NCBI GenBank assembly: GCA_028534125.1
Contig: CM052840.1
Location: forward strand, 29,512,001-29,576,000
Direction of reading: 5' to 3'
Length of the DNA: 64,000 nucleotides
Source of the DNA: Lama glama
Lineage: Eukaryota
The notes under the pieces are model-generated. The model had not been told where the DNA came from and did not search any database. It saw nothing but the letters and a program-made list of their open reading frames with translations. Within the stretch, counting starts at the first letter, position 1. The number at the start of each line of letters is the position of its first letter. Made by a program: the position numbers and the translations under genes. Positions 12,823 through 25,167 of this stretch are shown here, in pieces.

Positions 12823-15189
12823 GGGCGATTACCACCTTGTAAGGAAGGGGAGCAAGGGTCTCACCTGCTGCAGGGACCGGAGAGGGAGCATCACGGACAG
12901 TTCTGTTAGGACCCGACGTCGCTGTGGCTGTGGGTGACCTCTGGCTGTCGTTGGAGCCGTTCACCTCGGAACGGGCCTGAAGAAAGTGTGAAAGACAAGG
13001 AGGGTGGGGTCTCTTGGGAACTTTGGATCGAGAAGAGTCCAAGGCGTGTCCCCTTGTTCACCTGGACAAGACGAGGCCTAGATCAGGACAGGTCATCACC
13101 CCTGCTGTTTGACTCAGGTTCCAGAACTCAGTGTCTTCCCATTGTCAGGAGTTTGGAATCCACGAGCACGCTTCTGTAGCAGAAGCACAGGCCACGCACG
13201 AAAGGAGACATCCTGGACTTGACCCCCGGGGAGTCCACGTGGTGAACTGTTTTCTCCCTACAGACTCGGCGGTTTCGCGTGGTTTGACCTCTTCTGTTCC
13301 ACCGCAGGTGGCGAGCTGGGGCTGGGTGTTAACTCTGCCGTCGCTCCGGGGACGTCGTGCAGGGTTTCAGAAGAGGACGTAGGGGTCAGCCCGGCCCGCT
13401 TCCAGCCCCGCCGTCAGGCTCCCCGAGAGGATGCTTAGCGTTGAGCCTCCTTACGAGACTCGCCTCTCACCAGGGAGCCAGCGTCAGAACTCGTGTGTGG
13501 GCGACCCCGCCCCGTCCCACGTCCTCTGCCTTCTAGAGTGCAGTCACCCTTGTTGGCTCCGTGAAGGGGACCGGAGAGCCTCCAGTCTGCCTCCAGCTGC
13601 GTTTTACGAGTCGTCTGGGGACTCGGTTTCGGGAAGTTGGGCCGCTGTGTAGTCAGAGGGCTTCCTGCTGCCTTGGGCGCGTGTCCTTCCAGGTGGGCGG
13701 GGTGGGCGGGTTGGGCGGCTGGACGTCCTCGGTGTCTGCGGAGGGTAGGGCTAGGCTTCCAACTCCACAAACTCTGGGGGCAAAAATCACCCCAAAAGGA
13801 AGAAACCAGCTCAGCTCTTACACCAGCCTCTTGCGTTGTAGGCATTTCTCCACTCTCAGAGGAGAAAATCAGGTTTTGGGTGCTTTGCGCTTTCCTGTTA
13901 CGTGGTAAATAACCAGCGACGTTTGGTTCCTGCTTCGCCGGGTGTATGTATTCAGGATGAAAGGAAAACCGATCCAGTGTTGGAGTCTGACTCCCGAGAA
14001 CCAGGCTGCACTGGAGGAGCAGAGAGGACTTGTGTGACCACAGGCCATCCGCCCTTCCCGCTGGCTCGCCCACACCCTTGGCCCCCTGGCTGCCTGCGGG
14101 CCTCCCTGGTCACTCGAGTTCTGTGGAGCGGCTGGACCCGCTGTGTGGGGAGCTGTCCGTGGGGGAGAAGTCTGGGAGGGGCGGCCAGTCCCGGCCAAGA
14201 GCTGCATTAGTGTCTGTGCTCTTCCCAGAGCGGGGGGCGTTCCCCGCCCCGGGCTCTGTCCTGCATCCGCACAGACATACACAGTCCTTCTTGTCCTCCT
14301 CCAGAGGACATGGGTGCACCCACACCCCGGAGACGAGTGTACCTGTGCTGGGGAGGGGCGGGCGAGCAGGGGGAGGGGTCTGCTCTCTGCTTACAGCCTC
14401 CATGGAGGGCTTGCTACATCAGCACTTGCGGGGCTAGGCTGTCTGAAGGAATGGTAGAGGGTCACAGCGCGCTGCCCTCCGCCCTAACCACGAGAGCCAG
14501 CTGGGACGTAACAGAAGTCAGAAAAGAAAGGAGACAGCAGAGCATGCAGAGTGGCTAGCAGAGCTGTCTCCAGAAGCGGACGAGCCCTTCCTCCTTCGAG
14601 GGGCTCGGGGAGGGGGTTAACTGAGCAGAGACGGGGGTCAGGAGAAGGTAGCCGGGCTGCACACAGACTTCCAAAGGCTGCCCGGGGACCAGCAAAGGGA
14701 GACTTAGGCACAGCAGACGCCTAACCCCTACCTCCTGCCCAGAGGCCTTCCCTCCCTGAGCAAAGCTGAGAACCCCCCGCCCCGGGTGCTCAGCAAGGGC
14801 CCCCCAGCAGTGCGGCACCGAGAAGTCCCAGAGCAGGCCGGAGGGCGAGGAAGACCCCGCAGAGCACAGGGGCCCCTCCCTGAGCGCTTGGAGGCTGTCA
14901 CCTCGGGCCAGAGCCCACAGCAGCCCCGCGAGCTGGCGGCCGGGCTGCCCAGCGCAGAGAGGCCGCTGTGGTCCCACATGGTCAGGCGTGAGCCCTCCAG
15001 GGAGGACAGCCCAATCCTGCCCTTAGGTCACTCGAACCAGTGCCAAACCGACTTCAGCCAAAGTGACAGCAAGCCCAGACGGAGCTGTGCCGCGGGTGAG
15101 GCCGGCTCAGCCCTCGACCCCAGCAGCCTGGCCGGGAGGGGCGGTCCTCCTCCAGCAGAGGCGGTGCCGGTGCCCACACAACACCTGGT

Positions 15190-15385
15190 GTGCTGTAAAA
15201 CACTACCAGACTCATGAAGAGTCAGGAGACCACAACCGAGAGAGGAACAGTCAGCAGGAGCAGGCCAGTGGACGACTGAGACGTGGGAACTGGCAGAAAG
15301 GACTGTTAGATACTTCTTACAAATATTTTTAAGGGTCTGGGATAGATGGGGAATTTAAGCAGGGAACTAAAAGTCCTAAAAAGAG
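15190..15385 (+). mobile_element. Old L1M 5'/ORF1 fragment
   Basis: AAAACACTACCAGACTCATGAAGAG...GGAACTGGCAGAAAGGACT...GGGGAATTTAAGCAGGGAACTAAAA resembles the start of ancient L1 ORF1. Confidence 0.4.
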
Positions 15386-15815
15386 AAAGTTTGTGCATTC
15401 CCACCGGAGCAGGGATTATTTGGAAGCAACCTGCTGGTCATTCTTGGAGAACAGATACGTAGCAGCTCCAAAACCATAACCCTTCCCTGAGCGGACGCAT
15501 TTTGACTGTCACACAAGCCAGGACTTCAGTCTGTAAGTCTGTCTAGGACCACCACATACAGATGCGCTGTGAGGGACAGAGATGCATGAGACGCCGTCCT
15601 GCCCCCGGGAGACGCAGTCTGGTGGAGACGTGTGGACAGGACCAGCTAGAGGCAGAGTGCTCTGCTAGAGACACAGGTGCGTCTGCCACAGGAGGGCGAG
15701 GAGGATCCTGGGGAGCCTCAGAGCAAACGTGCTGCTTGGTCTGAGGAAAGGTAAGATTTCAGACGCACAGCCGGGGAGCTGCCCACGGGAATCAGGCAGG
15801 GTTTGTGTTCATTCC

Positions 15816-16260
15816 TGTCAAGTCCCGGTGAAAATGCCCCTGTTGCATAAACCCGGCCTCCAGATCCCGAAGACTGAAGTGAGACTCGAGGACAGGCTTT
15901 TGGACGAAGTAGAAAAAGCAGCTTTATTTCTCTGCCAGGCAGAGGTCACAGTGGGCCAGTGCCTCTGAGACTGTGAGCCTACTGGGGAGAGAGACAGGGG
16001 CATTTGTAATAAAAGTTTAAGGGGCAGTGCTGCCTTCCATAGAGATCGTATACAGGGCAACAGATTGTTGCAAAGTTCTTGTCTTTGCAGCTGCAGCGGG
16101 TCCCCTTCCTTCTGCTGGGCTGCTGGGTGTGATGTTTCCTCCGGCTCTGGGACTCCTAACGTTCTTGTGCCTGGAACAAAGAGTGCTTAGGAAGGGGGCC
16201 TGTGGAAAAGAGCTCTAGAGGAAAACTTGTGCAGTGTGGAGTCAGGTGGATAAATGCTTT
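15816..16260. mobile_element. LTR/ERV-like fragment, family unresolved
   Basis: TGTCA start; GAAGTAGAAAAAGCAGCTTTATT...TGCCAGGC motif typical of reverse-oriented ERV LTR ends. Confidence 0.4.
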
Positions 16261-17499
16261 GAGCCTTTTAGGCAGGCTGCAGTGTTTGCACAGGTTGAGA
16301 CCTGCACCGCGAACAACAGAATACAAAGAAACCACGAGGGACTGAAGATAATTGTGTGCGTGCACAGTTGGGGTGAGTTATGAACAACAAGATACCGAAA
16401 ACAAACCCAGCTACCATTTCTGAAGTGTCGGAGTCAAGAGCGCTGAGCACGATCCCTGCACGCAGCACCACGGGGCGGCTGGGCGGACCACCCAAGCCCC
16501 CTCCTCTCCAGCCCAGCCCTGGTCTGCAAGAGCATGAGAAAAACCATTGAAATTATTATACAATTAGCAGTTATGAACACCGTCACTGATGACACAAGGG
16601 TCCTGCTCGGTCACTCTCGGACCCTAGAATCCTCTGCAGGACCAGGTCCTCGCGCAGCGATGGGACAAGGAGCTCTCCCTCACACCCGCACCTCAGGGAG
16701 AGCCCGAGGGGCCTAGGGATTCGCAGCAGAGGGGGAGCCAGAGGAGGCGTGAGTGGAGACTTGTCCACACCCCACTGTGGGAGTCACGCCTGGATCTTGT
16801 CAGAGAATCGGGCCACTCCTTTATCCGAGGTCTCCCCCGTACGTGGCCTGTCCTTCAGATACGGCGTTTCATTTCTGTGTCTTTCCCCTCCTGGGTTGTG
16901 AGCTCGTTCTGGACAGCCACTCACTGTCAGGCGTCCCTCCAGCTGACATGGCCCTGTGTGTCCACTAGCTCAGTGGACGTCTGCCACATGGACATGGAAT
17001 TCAAGCCTGGGCAGAGTGGATGGAACTTGAGTCCACACGGTCTGGCCACAACATCTGGCTCTCCGTGACCTCGCTGTGCTTGTGACGGCTCACAGACGGT
17101 CTTGAACAGCGGGACGGCGGCCTCTGACTTGGTGTGTCAGCGGTGAGGAGCTAGTGAGGGTTCGGGAAGAGCTACACCTTAGGGGGACTTGGCTTCTTGT
17201 ATTCAGTGTGTCTCGGCAAGGGCGAGGCTCAGGCAGCGGGCACGTGAGAAGGTCTCACGGTAGATCTGACCAGAGTCAGGGCAGGAGAACCGTCCAGAAA
17301 GAAGACAGAGAGGCAGGAGGCGGTCCTGTCAGGGAGCCTGGTGCGGGACGTGGGGAGAGAGGGGAGGAGGTGTGTGTGCGGCGCTGAGGGGCCAGGAAAG
17401 CCCAGAATACTTCTCGTGGAAACGGGAACCGAGGAGTTTAGGGTTTGGAGGGAGGGCTGAGGGGTACGAGGCGGCTGCAAGAGGGGAGACGAGACCCTG

Positions 17500-18350
17500 C
17501 CGGGAAGTCTGCTGTGGCTCGCGGCCCGCTCAGGGCCTTCGGGTCGCCGGGGCAGGAGCCCTTTTGTCGTCCCGTGCGTGTGCGTGGTGCCTCGTGAGGC
17601 TGCTAGTTCAGACCTCTTTCCCATTCTGTTCCAAGGGTGGGCGAGGGTGAGGAAGTGTCACCGTCCTTGTAACAACTGTCCCACGCCGTTCGAAGCGGAC
17701 GGCGTAAAGCGACGCAGACCTGCGCGAGGGACCACTTCTCTCACACCGGTCGCCGCCAGCGAGGTCGTTGGACGCAGAACCGGGCACGGGCAGCCCCCTG
17801 CGGCCTGTCTTCCTCATGTCCGGTGCCTCTAGCCCCGGCTTGTCAGCGCCCGCCCTCTCCCACCTGAGCCCCGGGCGAGAGGCACCTGCACGGAGCGGCA
17901 GAGGGAGACGGCACAGCCCAGCCCGGAGCAAGCGGAGACTCTCAGTCCCAGACAGAAGGGGGCCCCGGTGCCCCGAGCCCGGCCTGCTGTCCCCCTTCCT
18001 GTGGCGCCGCCGGGTCGAAGCTGCCTTTCCCGCCCCCGCCCGTGAGGTCCCGCGGCGCCTGCGGCCCTCTGACTCCCCAGCGGACAGATCCCACAGGCTC
18101 CCCCGGAGCCCCATTCTCACACCCGCAGCAGTCCCGTGTCGGAAGGGCGGGCCCAACAGCGCTCTTCTCCCAGCTCTTGATTCTGCAAAACATCGTCATC
18201 CGCACGGTTCCCTCTGCCGCGTCCCGATTTGGTGAAACTCCAAGGTCAGCGTCTCCTTTCCTCACGCGACTCAGTCTGCCCGCCAGAACGTCCAGGCCGA
18301 AGGAGCAGCTCTGCGAAGTGCCGTGCAGGGGCGTTTTGCCGCTGCAAAAA
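17500..18350. promoter_or_regulatory. Intragenic CpG-rich island candidate
   Basis: Visibly dense CpG with GC boxes (CCCGCCCCCGCCC near 18028); CpG ratio not computed. Confidence 0.4.
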
Positions 18351-19149
18351 AATTAGTCAAGAACAGCTCACAACTGCCCCAAGGGTAAAATGGCAGTAAA
18401 GGGTTTGGGGTTTTTTCAAATCACAAAACCACAAGGACAGAGACTAGGAGAGGGGAGAGGCAGCCGCCACACAACTCGGGGAAGCTGGAAATCAGGAGGG
18501 CAGGTGTGGCTGGATCCGCTGGCCTGGAGCTGAGCCCTCAGCCTGTTTGCAGGCGAGGCGGCAGCAGCCCTGTTTGTATCCCAGCCCTCAGGACGCCGGG
18601 CGGTCGGTGACATCAGATGTCTTTCGTGGGGGAGGAGGGGAGACTAGAGACCGGAGGACTGGGTGGAAAGTTACATGAGAAACACGCAGACATGCAGCTG
18701 CCCTCCCCCACGGCTCCTGGAAGCCAGCAGCCCCTCCCTCTCGGCCGCAGGAGACGAGGCTCCGGGCGGGGCAGAACGGGGGTCTGAACGCGTGGGCCGA
18801 GGCCCGGTGGGGCGCGGATCCTGAACTAGTGTTAAGGGAGGCTTTACGTGCTGACCGTTGAGACCCCTGGCCCTTCCCTGTCTCCGCTCTTAGAACGTTG
18901 GTCTTACTTCCTCCAGGGGGGAGTTTGGAAGATCCATCACTAGGAATTCTGAGCAGCCCCAGAGGAGAAACTTTAGTTTCTCATCTCGTCTGTACTGAAG
19001 CCATTGTTGCCACGTCCCACCTACGTACACAGAGCTTCCGCACAAGGTGCAGCGGGAGGCCGGTCCCAGTCTTACGTGCGAGCCAACAGCCGCGGGTCGT
19101 CGGAGGTCTCGGGAGTCTGCAACCTGGAGGTCTCGCCGACAGGAATGGA

Positions 19150-19900
19150 AACAAGCACCCTGGAGCCGGACGCCGGGCAGAGATCGTGGGCCCTGAAGAG
19201 TTAGGGAGAGAGACTGCGTCCCTGGAGGAAAGAACGACACAGGGGCCTCAAAGTGCCCTTGGAAATTAAAAATGGTAGCAGGAACGAACGCCGTACGGAG
19301 GCGGTGGAGGGCGAAAGTGAGGCTGCTGCCCAAAAAGCAGTTAAATTAAAATAGACACACGTATGTATGTGTGTGTGTGTGTATGGCTGGAAAATAAGAC
19401 GGAATCAGTGTGCTGGCTGCAGAATCTCCCAAGAGAGAGAACTGTAAAATGGGGCAGAGAAAATCATCGAAGAAATGACTAGAGAAACTTCCCAGAGCTG
19501 AGGGCCCGAGCGCCTGGCTGAAAGCGCCCAGGAAGGTGTCCACTCAGTGGGTGAAAACGGCCCACACCAAGCCCATCCTCAGGGAGGTTCCCAACACCAG
19601 GGAGCGTGCTGAAGGTCCCAGGGAGAAAGAGAGACACAGGTCCCTTCCTGAGGACCGGGAGTCAGACCAGCAGCGGTGCGCGCTGGAGCCGTTACCTCCT
19701 TACCTCCTGAAGGGCTGCTGGCTTCAGCTGACGGTTCCCCACCTGGCCAAGACCGCGTGTGTAGAAGAAGATGAAGACGTCTTACCTAGTAAGTCAGAGC
19801 TTGTGAAGTTTGCTCCCCAAGCACCTTTTTCCAGGAACCTCCTAGAAGAGGCGCTTCTCGAAAACGAGAGAGGACAAGAGCAAAGAGGAGGACCGAGGTT
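19150..19900 (+). mobile_element. HAL1/L1 ORF1-like relic
   Basis: TTGGAAATTAAAAATG...GAAACTTCCCAGAGCTGAGGG...TGAAAGCGCCCA...CCCACACCAAG...AACACCAGGGA...GAGAAA...CAGGTC follows recalled HAL1 ORF1 sequence. Confidence 0.65.
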
Positions 19901-21205
19901 CCAGCCCCGCAGGCAGGCGAAGAGCCCGGGGTGGCCCACAGACTGGACAGCGGACAGCCGGGAGCCAGGCCGGCTGCTCTGAAGGAGGCACAGCAAACTC
20001 CTGACCCGGGTGCCTGGACGCCGCAGCGGGAGGGCAGAAAGGCGGCGTTTTCCTGTAGTCTGACTCCTGACTACAGCATGTGTTACTTATAATTTTTTTT
20101 TTAAAGAAAGAAAATATGTTCTCTCCAATGGAGACGCTTCACCCTGAAGTCATGACGACAGAATTTTCCTTTTATTCAGAACCTGCAAAGGAACTTCACT
20201 GGGAAAGCTTTAATCTTCCAGCCAGCCTTGCCCAGTGGCTGTAGTCCTCTACCCTGTTGCTCCAGGAAGAGCCTGTGACTTGGGAGGAACCGCGCTCTTT
20301 CTGAGAAGAGAAACTCCCCTCCCCACTGCAGGGGTTTCTGTAAAGCGCAGGACAGAGGGAGGGTTTCCTTGGGGTCGGTGGACGACCGTCCTCTTTTTGC
20401 AAGGGCCCTGCAGACAGAACGTCCTCTGCTCTGAGGGCTTGATTACCAAGAATTAATCTCAGGTGGACGGTTCCGCGGAAGGTCAGGCGTCTTCTGCCGT
20501 TGCCCTAAAAGCCAGCTGTTCCTCTTACCTTGACCCAGGAGAGCCGATAGCACCGTAAAACCCGATCGATCCTTCCCCGTCAGCAGTCTTTCTCTACAGT
20601 GCCGGGGTGGGGGCGCGGGGAGAGGCGGTATTTTAGCCGTCGACAGACGTGAGATTTAGTAGACGTCACTGGCTGGGGGAGAGGTGGACTGTCAGTCAAT
20701 AACGGCTGTATTCACAGCAGTAAAATCGAGATCTCCCTGCCGTGTGTTGTGATCCCTGCGCTTTCTTTGCTCTTTCTCAGTGTATTTGGATTAATCCCCG
20801 CAGAGCAACAAGCCGAACGGCCAAACCACCCACTTTCCTATTCCCAGCAAGTAAATCAGAGGGAGGCCGGCTGAAGTCCAGGCCAAGCACGGAGACGACT
20901 TGCGCGTCTGCTTTTTGTTCCATCGTATGGAACTCAGAATAAATCCAAAGGGAAAGTTTCCAGACACCAGCTGATTCACAGAAAGCATCCGAGTCCTCGG
21001 ACACACGCAGAGCTGGCAAACCCACTGCGATCGCAGATGTGGGGCCTTGGAGGCCCCGCCCTAGAGCTTGAGTGGAGGCTGAGGACCTTCTTAGGTTCCA
21101 GAAGGAAGAAGCAGAAATGGGGCCAGACTTGAGGAACAGGACCTTTGAAGGAAGGTCAGAGGGCACAGAGTCTGAGCTTAGAAATAACGTGTGACCAGAG
21201 GGAAA

Positions 21206-21561
21206 CCTGTTCACCGCAAGCTTGTTCTCTTGTCTGTGAGTCTGTTTCTGCTTCGTAAACAAGCTCGTTTGTGCCATTTTTTAGATTCCACGTGTAAGTG
21301 GTATCATATGAGATTTGTCTGACTCACTGGGGTGGGGGAAGGACAAATTAGGAGTTTGGGATTAGTAGAAACCAAGTACTGTATATAAAATAAACACCCG
21401 GGTCCCACTGTACAGCACAGGGAGCTATATTCAACTTTTGTAACAACCTATAACGAAAAAGCATGTGGAAAGGAATAGACGGGCAGCACTGAATCACTGT
21501 GCTGTACACCAGAAACTAACACAGTGTTGTAACTCAATTGTACTCCAATTTTTTTTTTAAA
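21206..21561 (+). mobile_element. 5'-truncated L1 3' end with 5' inversion (21206-21328 inverted, 21329-21561 forward)
   Basis: Forward part GGACAAATTAGGAGTTTGGG...CTGTACAGCACAGGGA...GAATCACTGTGCTGTACACCAGAAACTAACACA is an artiodactyl-type L1 tail; the reversed part gives CATATGATACCACTTACACGTGGAATCTAAAAAA...CAGACTCACAGACA. Confidence 0.85.
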
Positions 21562-22401
21562 GTGGGGGAAAAGAAACTGATAGCCAGCGAGGCCAGCACA
21601 GAGGGAGACGGGTGCACCTGGGGAGGAGGCGTCATTCAGATGCGGAGAGTAAAAGCTTTCTGACGGCGAAACTTGTCAAACGCAGAAACCGACGAGAGGG
21701 TTTTGGGGAGTGGCGGGTGGTATTCGAATAGCCCGCTGGCGACGTGGACTGGGGTTCTTGCCATGAAGTCGTGCAGACACAGATGTTTGACACAGTCTCT
21801 CCCCACACCACGGATCTGATATTCCGAGCAACTGGCAGGAGAGCGAAACCATGCCATGCAAACCTGGCACCTCTGCCTGGCCTCGGCACCTTCAGGACGT
21901 GCTGTTTAGCAGCCGGACCTGGTCTGGGCCGGGGAGAACCGCGGGCAAGCGCAGTGAGAAGTGACAGGCGTGGGGGCTCTGGAAAGATCGGCCTTTCTCT
22001 GGCCCGAGTCACCAGGCATGGAAAATTTAGAAAAGGGAGGAGAAGTATCTAGAAGACGCACCTGAACACGAGCACAGGTGTGGTGGTTACGAGAATGGAG
22101 GCCACTGCAGAGAGAGGGAGTCGTCTGTGCAGTTAGTTTGACCCCAGAATTACCTTGTCTGTGAACATACCTCCCTGTAGGAGACAGAACACCATCCTTG
22201 GCCAGATAAAGCTAATCCTTTCCTCTTATGAAAGAACCTCACCAAATTACCAGGCCGTTCACATCGCACCAGGACTGACCCCCACGCTTTCTCCTTTTGG
22301 CTGCTTTTTCCTGGGAATCCAGCCATTCTTCCATCATTAAGAGAAGTTTATTTCCTGCTTGGCTTCTGTTCTAACCGCTCACCTTCCCCTCCTGCCGGCA
22401 G

Positions 22402-22540
22402 CTGGGACGAGAGCAGCTCCATCAGCAGTGGGCTCAGCGATGCCTCAGACAACCTCAGCTCGGAGGAGTTCAACGCCAGCTCCTCGCTCAACTCCCTCCC
22501 GAGCACGCCCACCGCGTCCCGCAGGAACTCCGCCGTGGTG
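22402..22540 (+). CDS. NAV1: NAV1 coding exon (window exon 1; (S)WDESSSISSGLS...RRNSAVV)
   Basis: cag|CTGGGAC...GTG|gtacgt, 139 nt; translation matches recalled NAV1; earlier exons lie upstream of the window. Confidence 0.95.
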
Positions 22541-22949
22541 GTACGTGGCCTGCAGACAGCCCGGCCACCGGCTGGGGAGGAGGCCCGGGGCAGACCGGCT
22601 GGGGCCTGTGCGCGGGCTGGCACACTTCCCCCCGACTCCCTGGGGCTGGTTCCCGAACACCTTTGGCCAAGACCTTTTGGGGCTGGCGGGAGGAGGCTGC
22701 AGCCACCCAGCCGTCCCTGAGACGTGAGCGGCAGTGTGGTGAGCGTCTGTGTGTAGTGCCCGCGCCAGTTTCAACCGGTGCACACGAGAGAGAGAGGGTG
22801 CACAGGGTACGTGCGCCTCCAGGTGCCAGTGCAAACCCTGGGCTGACTGAACTCCCTGGAAGAGTAGGGCCACCCGGAGCCAGAGTAGCCCCGGCCCCCC
22901 ACTCCGTCCCTGGACGAGCGTCCACGCTACTTTCTCTTCTCGTCCGCAG

Positions 22950-23247
22950 CTGCGCACAGACTCGGAGAAGCGCTCACTGGCGGAGAGCGGGCTGAGCTGG
23001 TTCAGTGAGTCGGAGGAGAAGGCCCCCCGGAGGCTGGACTACGACAGCGGCAGCCTGAAGATGGAGCCCGGCGCCTCCAAGTGGCGGCGGGAGCGTCCGG
23101 AGAGCTGCGACGACGCGTCCAAGGTTGGGGAGCTGAGGAAGCCCGGCGCCCTGGGACACCCTGGCTCCCTGAAGAAGGGCAAGGCCCCGCCAGTGGCCGT
23201 CACCTCCCCCATCACTCACACGGCCCAGAGCGCCCTCAAGGTGGCAG
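22950..23247 (+). CDS. NAV1: NAV1 exon 2 (LRTDSEKRSLAESG...SALKVA)
   Basis: cag|CTG...GCAG|gtgagc, 298 nt; overlaps ORF 23061..23405. Confidence 0.95.
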
Positions 23248-23721
23248 GTGAGCCCAGTGTGCGGTGGCCCCTCTTCCACAGGGATGTGGCCCCGGGGGGG
23301 GCGAGCAGGCAGTTCCCCGGGGAGGCCACGCGCTGTCTGGCCCAAGTCAGGGAAGAGGGTGTTCCTGTCCCCAGTGCCGTGTGCAGACACACTCCTAGGG
23401 GCTAAAAGGCGGACAGGAGGCGGATGAGGAGGGTGTTGCGATCAGAGCCTGGTCTGACCCATCTCAGATACTCCGGGGCCCTTTCCTCTCCCTGCACACG
23501 TGGCTTACACGTGCATCTTACCTTCCCTGGGTCCTTGTCTGCTAGCTCAGGGAGGTCCTGGGAACACAGTCAGAGCCCAGGCCTCCCGGCTGGCCCCTGG
23601 GCAGCTGCTGGCCTCAGCTGGGTCTCCAGTGGCCGCAGGCACTGTCAGAGCCTGGTCCAGAGCCTGGGCCATTCGCGCCCCCTCCCTTCCTTGCCCTGTG
23701 CTTAGACTGCTTTCTTCTTCC

Positions 23722-23803
23722 TTTTTGCTGGAGGCACTGGGGATGGAACCCAGGACCTCGCGCCTGCTCAGCATGTGCTCCACTGCTGAGCTCCACCCTC
23801 CCC
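23722..23803 (-). mobile_element. tRNA-Ala-derived SINE (vic-1-like)
   Basis: Reverse complement GGGAGGGTGGAGCTCAGCAGTGGAGCACATGCTGAGCAGGCGCGAGGTCCTGGGTTCCATCCCCAGTGCCTCCAGCAAAAA. Confidence 0.85.
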
Positions 23804-24077
23804 GACCTACTTGCTTCTTGGTAGCCTTTGTGATCACCTTTGCCATGTCAGCCAAGGTGGAATGGCCTACCATGGGAGCAGAAAATGAGAGCAAACCAAC
23901 CAGCAGTGCTAGGCCAGCTTTGCCGAGTCCCCCGTCTGGTGAGGGGGGTCCTCAGCCTGTGTGGCCCCTGCTTACCCACCGCCAGGCCCATGAAACTCCC
24001 CCAGCACACTGATCAAGCTCCCTTCTCCGCGGAGGGAGAGGCGGGGGCTCCTCTGACTCGTGCGTGTCACCCCGCAG

Positions 24078-24771
24078 GCAGACCTGAGGGCAAGGCCGCG
24101 GACAAGGGCAAGCTCGCGGTAAAGAGCGCGGGCCTGCAGCGCTCCTCCTCCGACGCCGGCCGCGACCGCCTGGGCGATGCCAAGAAGCCCCCCTCGGGCA
24201 TCGCTCGTCCCTCCACTGCGGGATCCTTCGGCTACAAGAAGCCCCCTCCTGCCACAGGCACGGCCACCGTTGTGCAGACCGGCGGCTCCGCCACGCTCGG
24301 CAAGATCCAGAAGTCCTCAGGCATCCCCGTCAAGCCGGCAAACGGACGCAAGACCAGCCTGGACGTGTCCAATGGTGCAGAGCCCGGCTTCCTGGCCCCC
24401 GGAGCCCGGTCCAACATCCAGTACCGCAGCCTGCCCCGGCCGGCCAAGTCCAGCTCCATGAGCGTGACGGGCGGGCGGGGCGGACCCCGGCCCGTGAGCA
24501 GCAGCATCGACCCCAGTCTCCTCAGTGCCAAGCAGGCTGGCCTGACCCCCTCCAGGCTGAAGGAGCCCTCAAAGGTGGCCAGCGGCCGGACCACCCCGGC
24601 CCCCGTCAACCAGACAGACCGAGAGAAGGAGAAGGCCAAAGCCAAGGCCGTGGCCCTGGACGTGGACAGTGTCTCCGTGAAGAGCGTGGGCTCCCCAGAG
24701 AGCACGCCCAAGAACCTAGCCAGCCACTCCCCAGCCCCCAAGTTGGCAGAGCTGCCGCCAACGCCTCTCAG
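24078..24771 (+). CDS. NAV1: NAV1 exon 3 (GRPEGKAADKGK...ELPPTPL), Ser/Pro/basic region with SGIP motif
   Basis: cag|GC...CAG|gtaccc, 694 nt; within ORF 23840..24919. Confidence 0.95.
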
Positions 24772-25167
24772 GTACCCGGGCTGGGTGGCATCCTCCCACG
24801 GCCCCCTGCTCCCCCGAAGGCCAAGTTCCTTCTCCCTGTTCCGAGCTGCGGGCTGTGCCCTCCTCATCAGCTCTGAGCCTGCCTCCCAGCACACGTGCAG
24901 GTGGTGTGCTGCTCACTGACACACATACGCCTACGCGTTCAGCAGTGTCTCCCTTGTGCGTGAGCTGGCCGCCCCTGAAGACCTGAAGGTGCCCGCCTGG
25001 GGCATCCGGTCTCCTCCACTGGGTCCATGGTGGTGTTAAGCGAAGCCTCCGTGCTTTGCCAAGAGCCAGAGAGCGGGGACAGCACTGGGCTGTCTCTGAG
25101 ATGCCACGTGCCTGTTGCTTCTCTGACTCCGTTTTCCTGAACACGCTATTTCATCTTTGCTCCTCAG

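Noticed and set aside
1-22401. Nested gene or upstream NAV1 exons
   Set aside because: No ORF with recognisable homology or consistent splice chain; sequence explained as intron plus repeats. Small exons could have been missed by eye.
24232-24894. 220-aa antisense ORF (also 25036-25524 and 42049-42690)
   Set aside because: Shadow frames of high-GC3 NAV1 exons.
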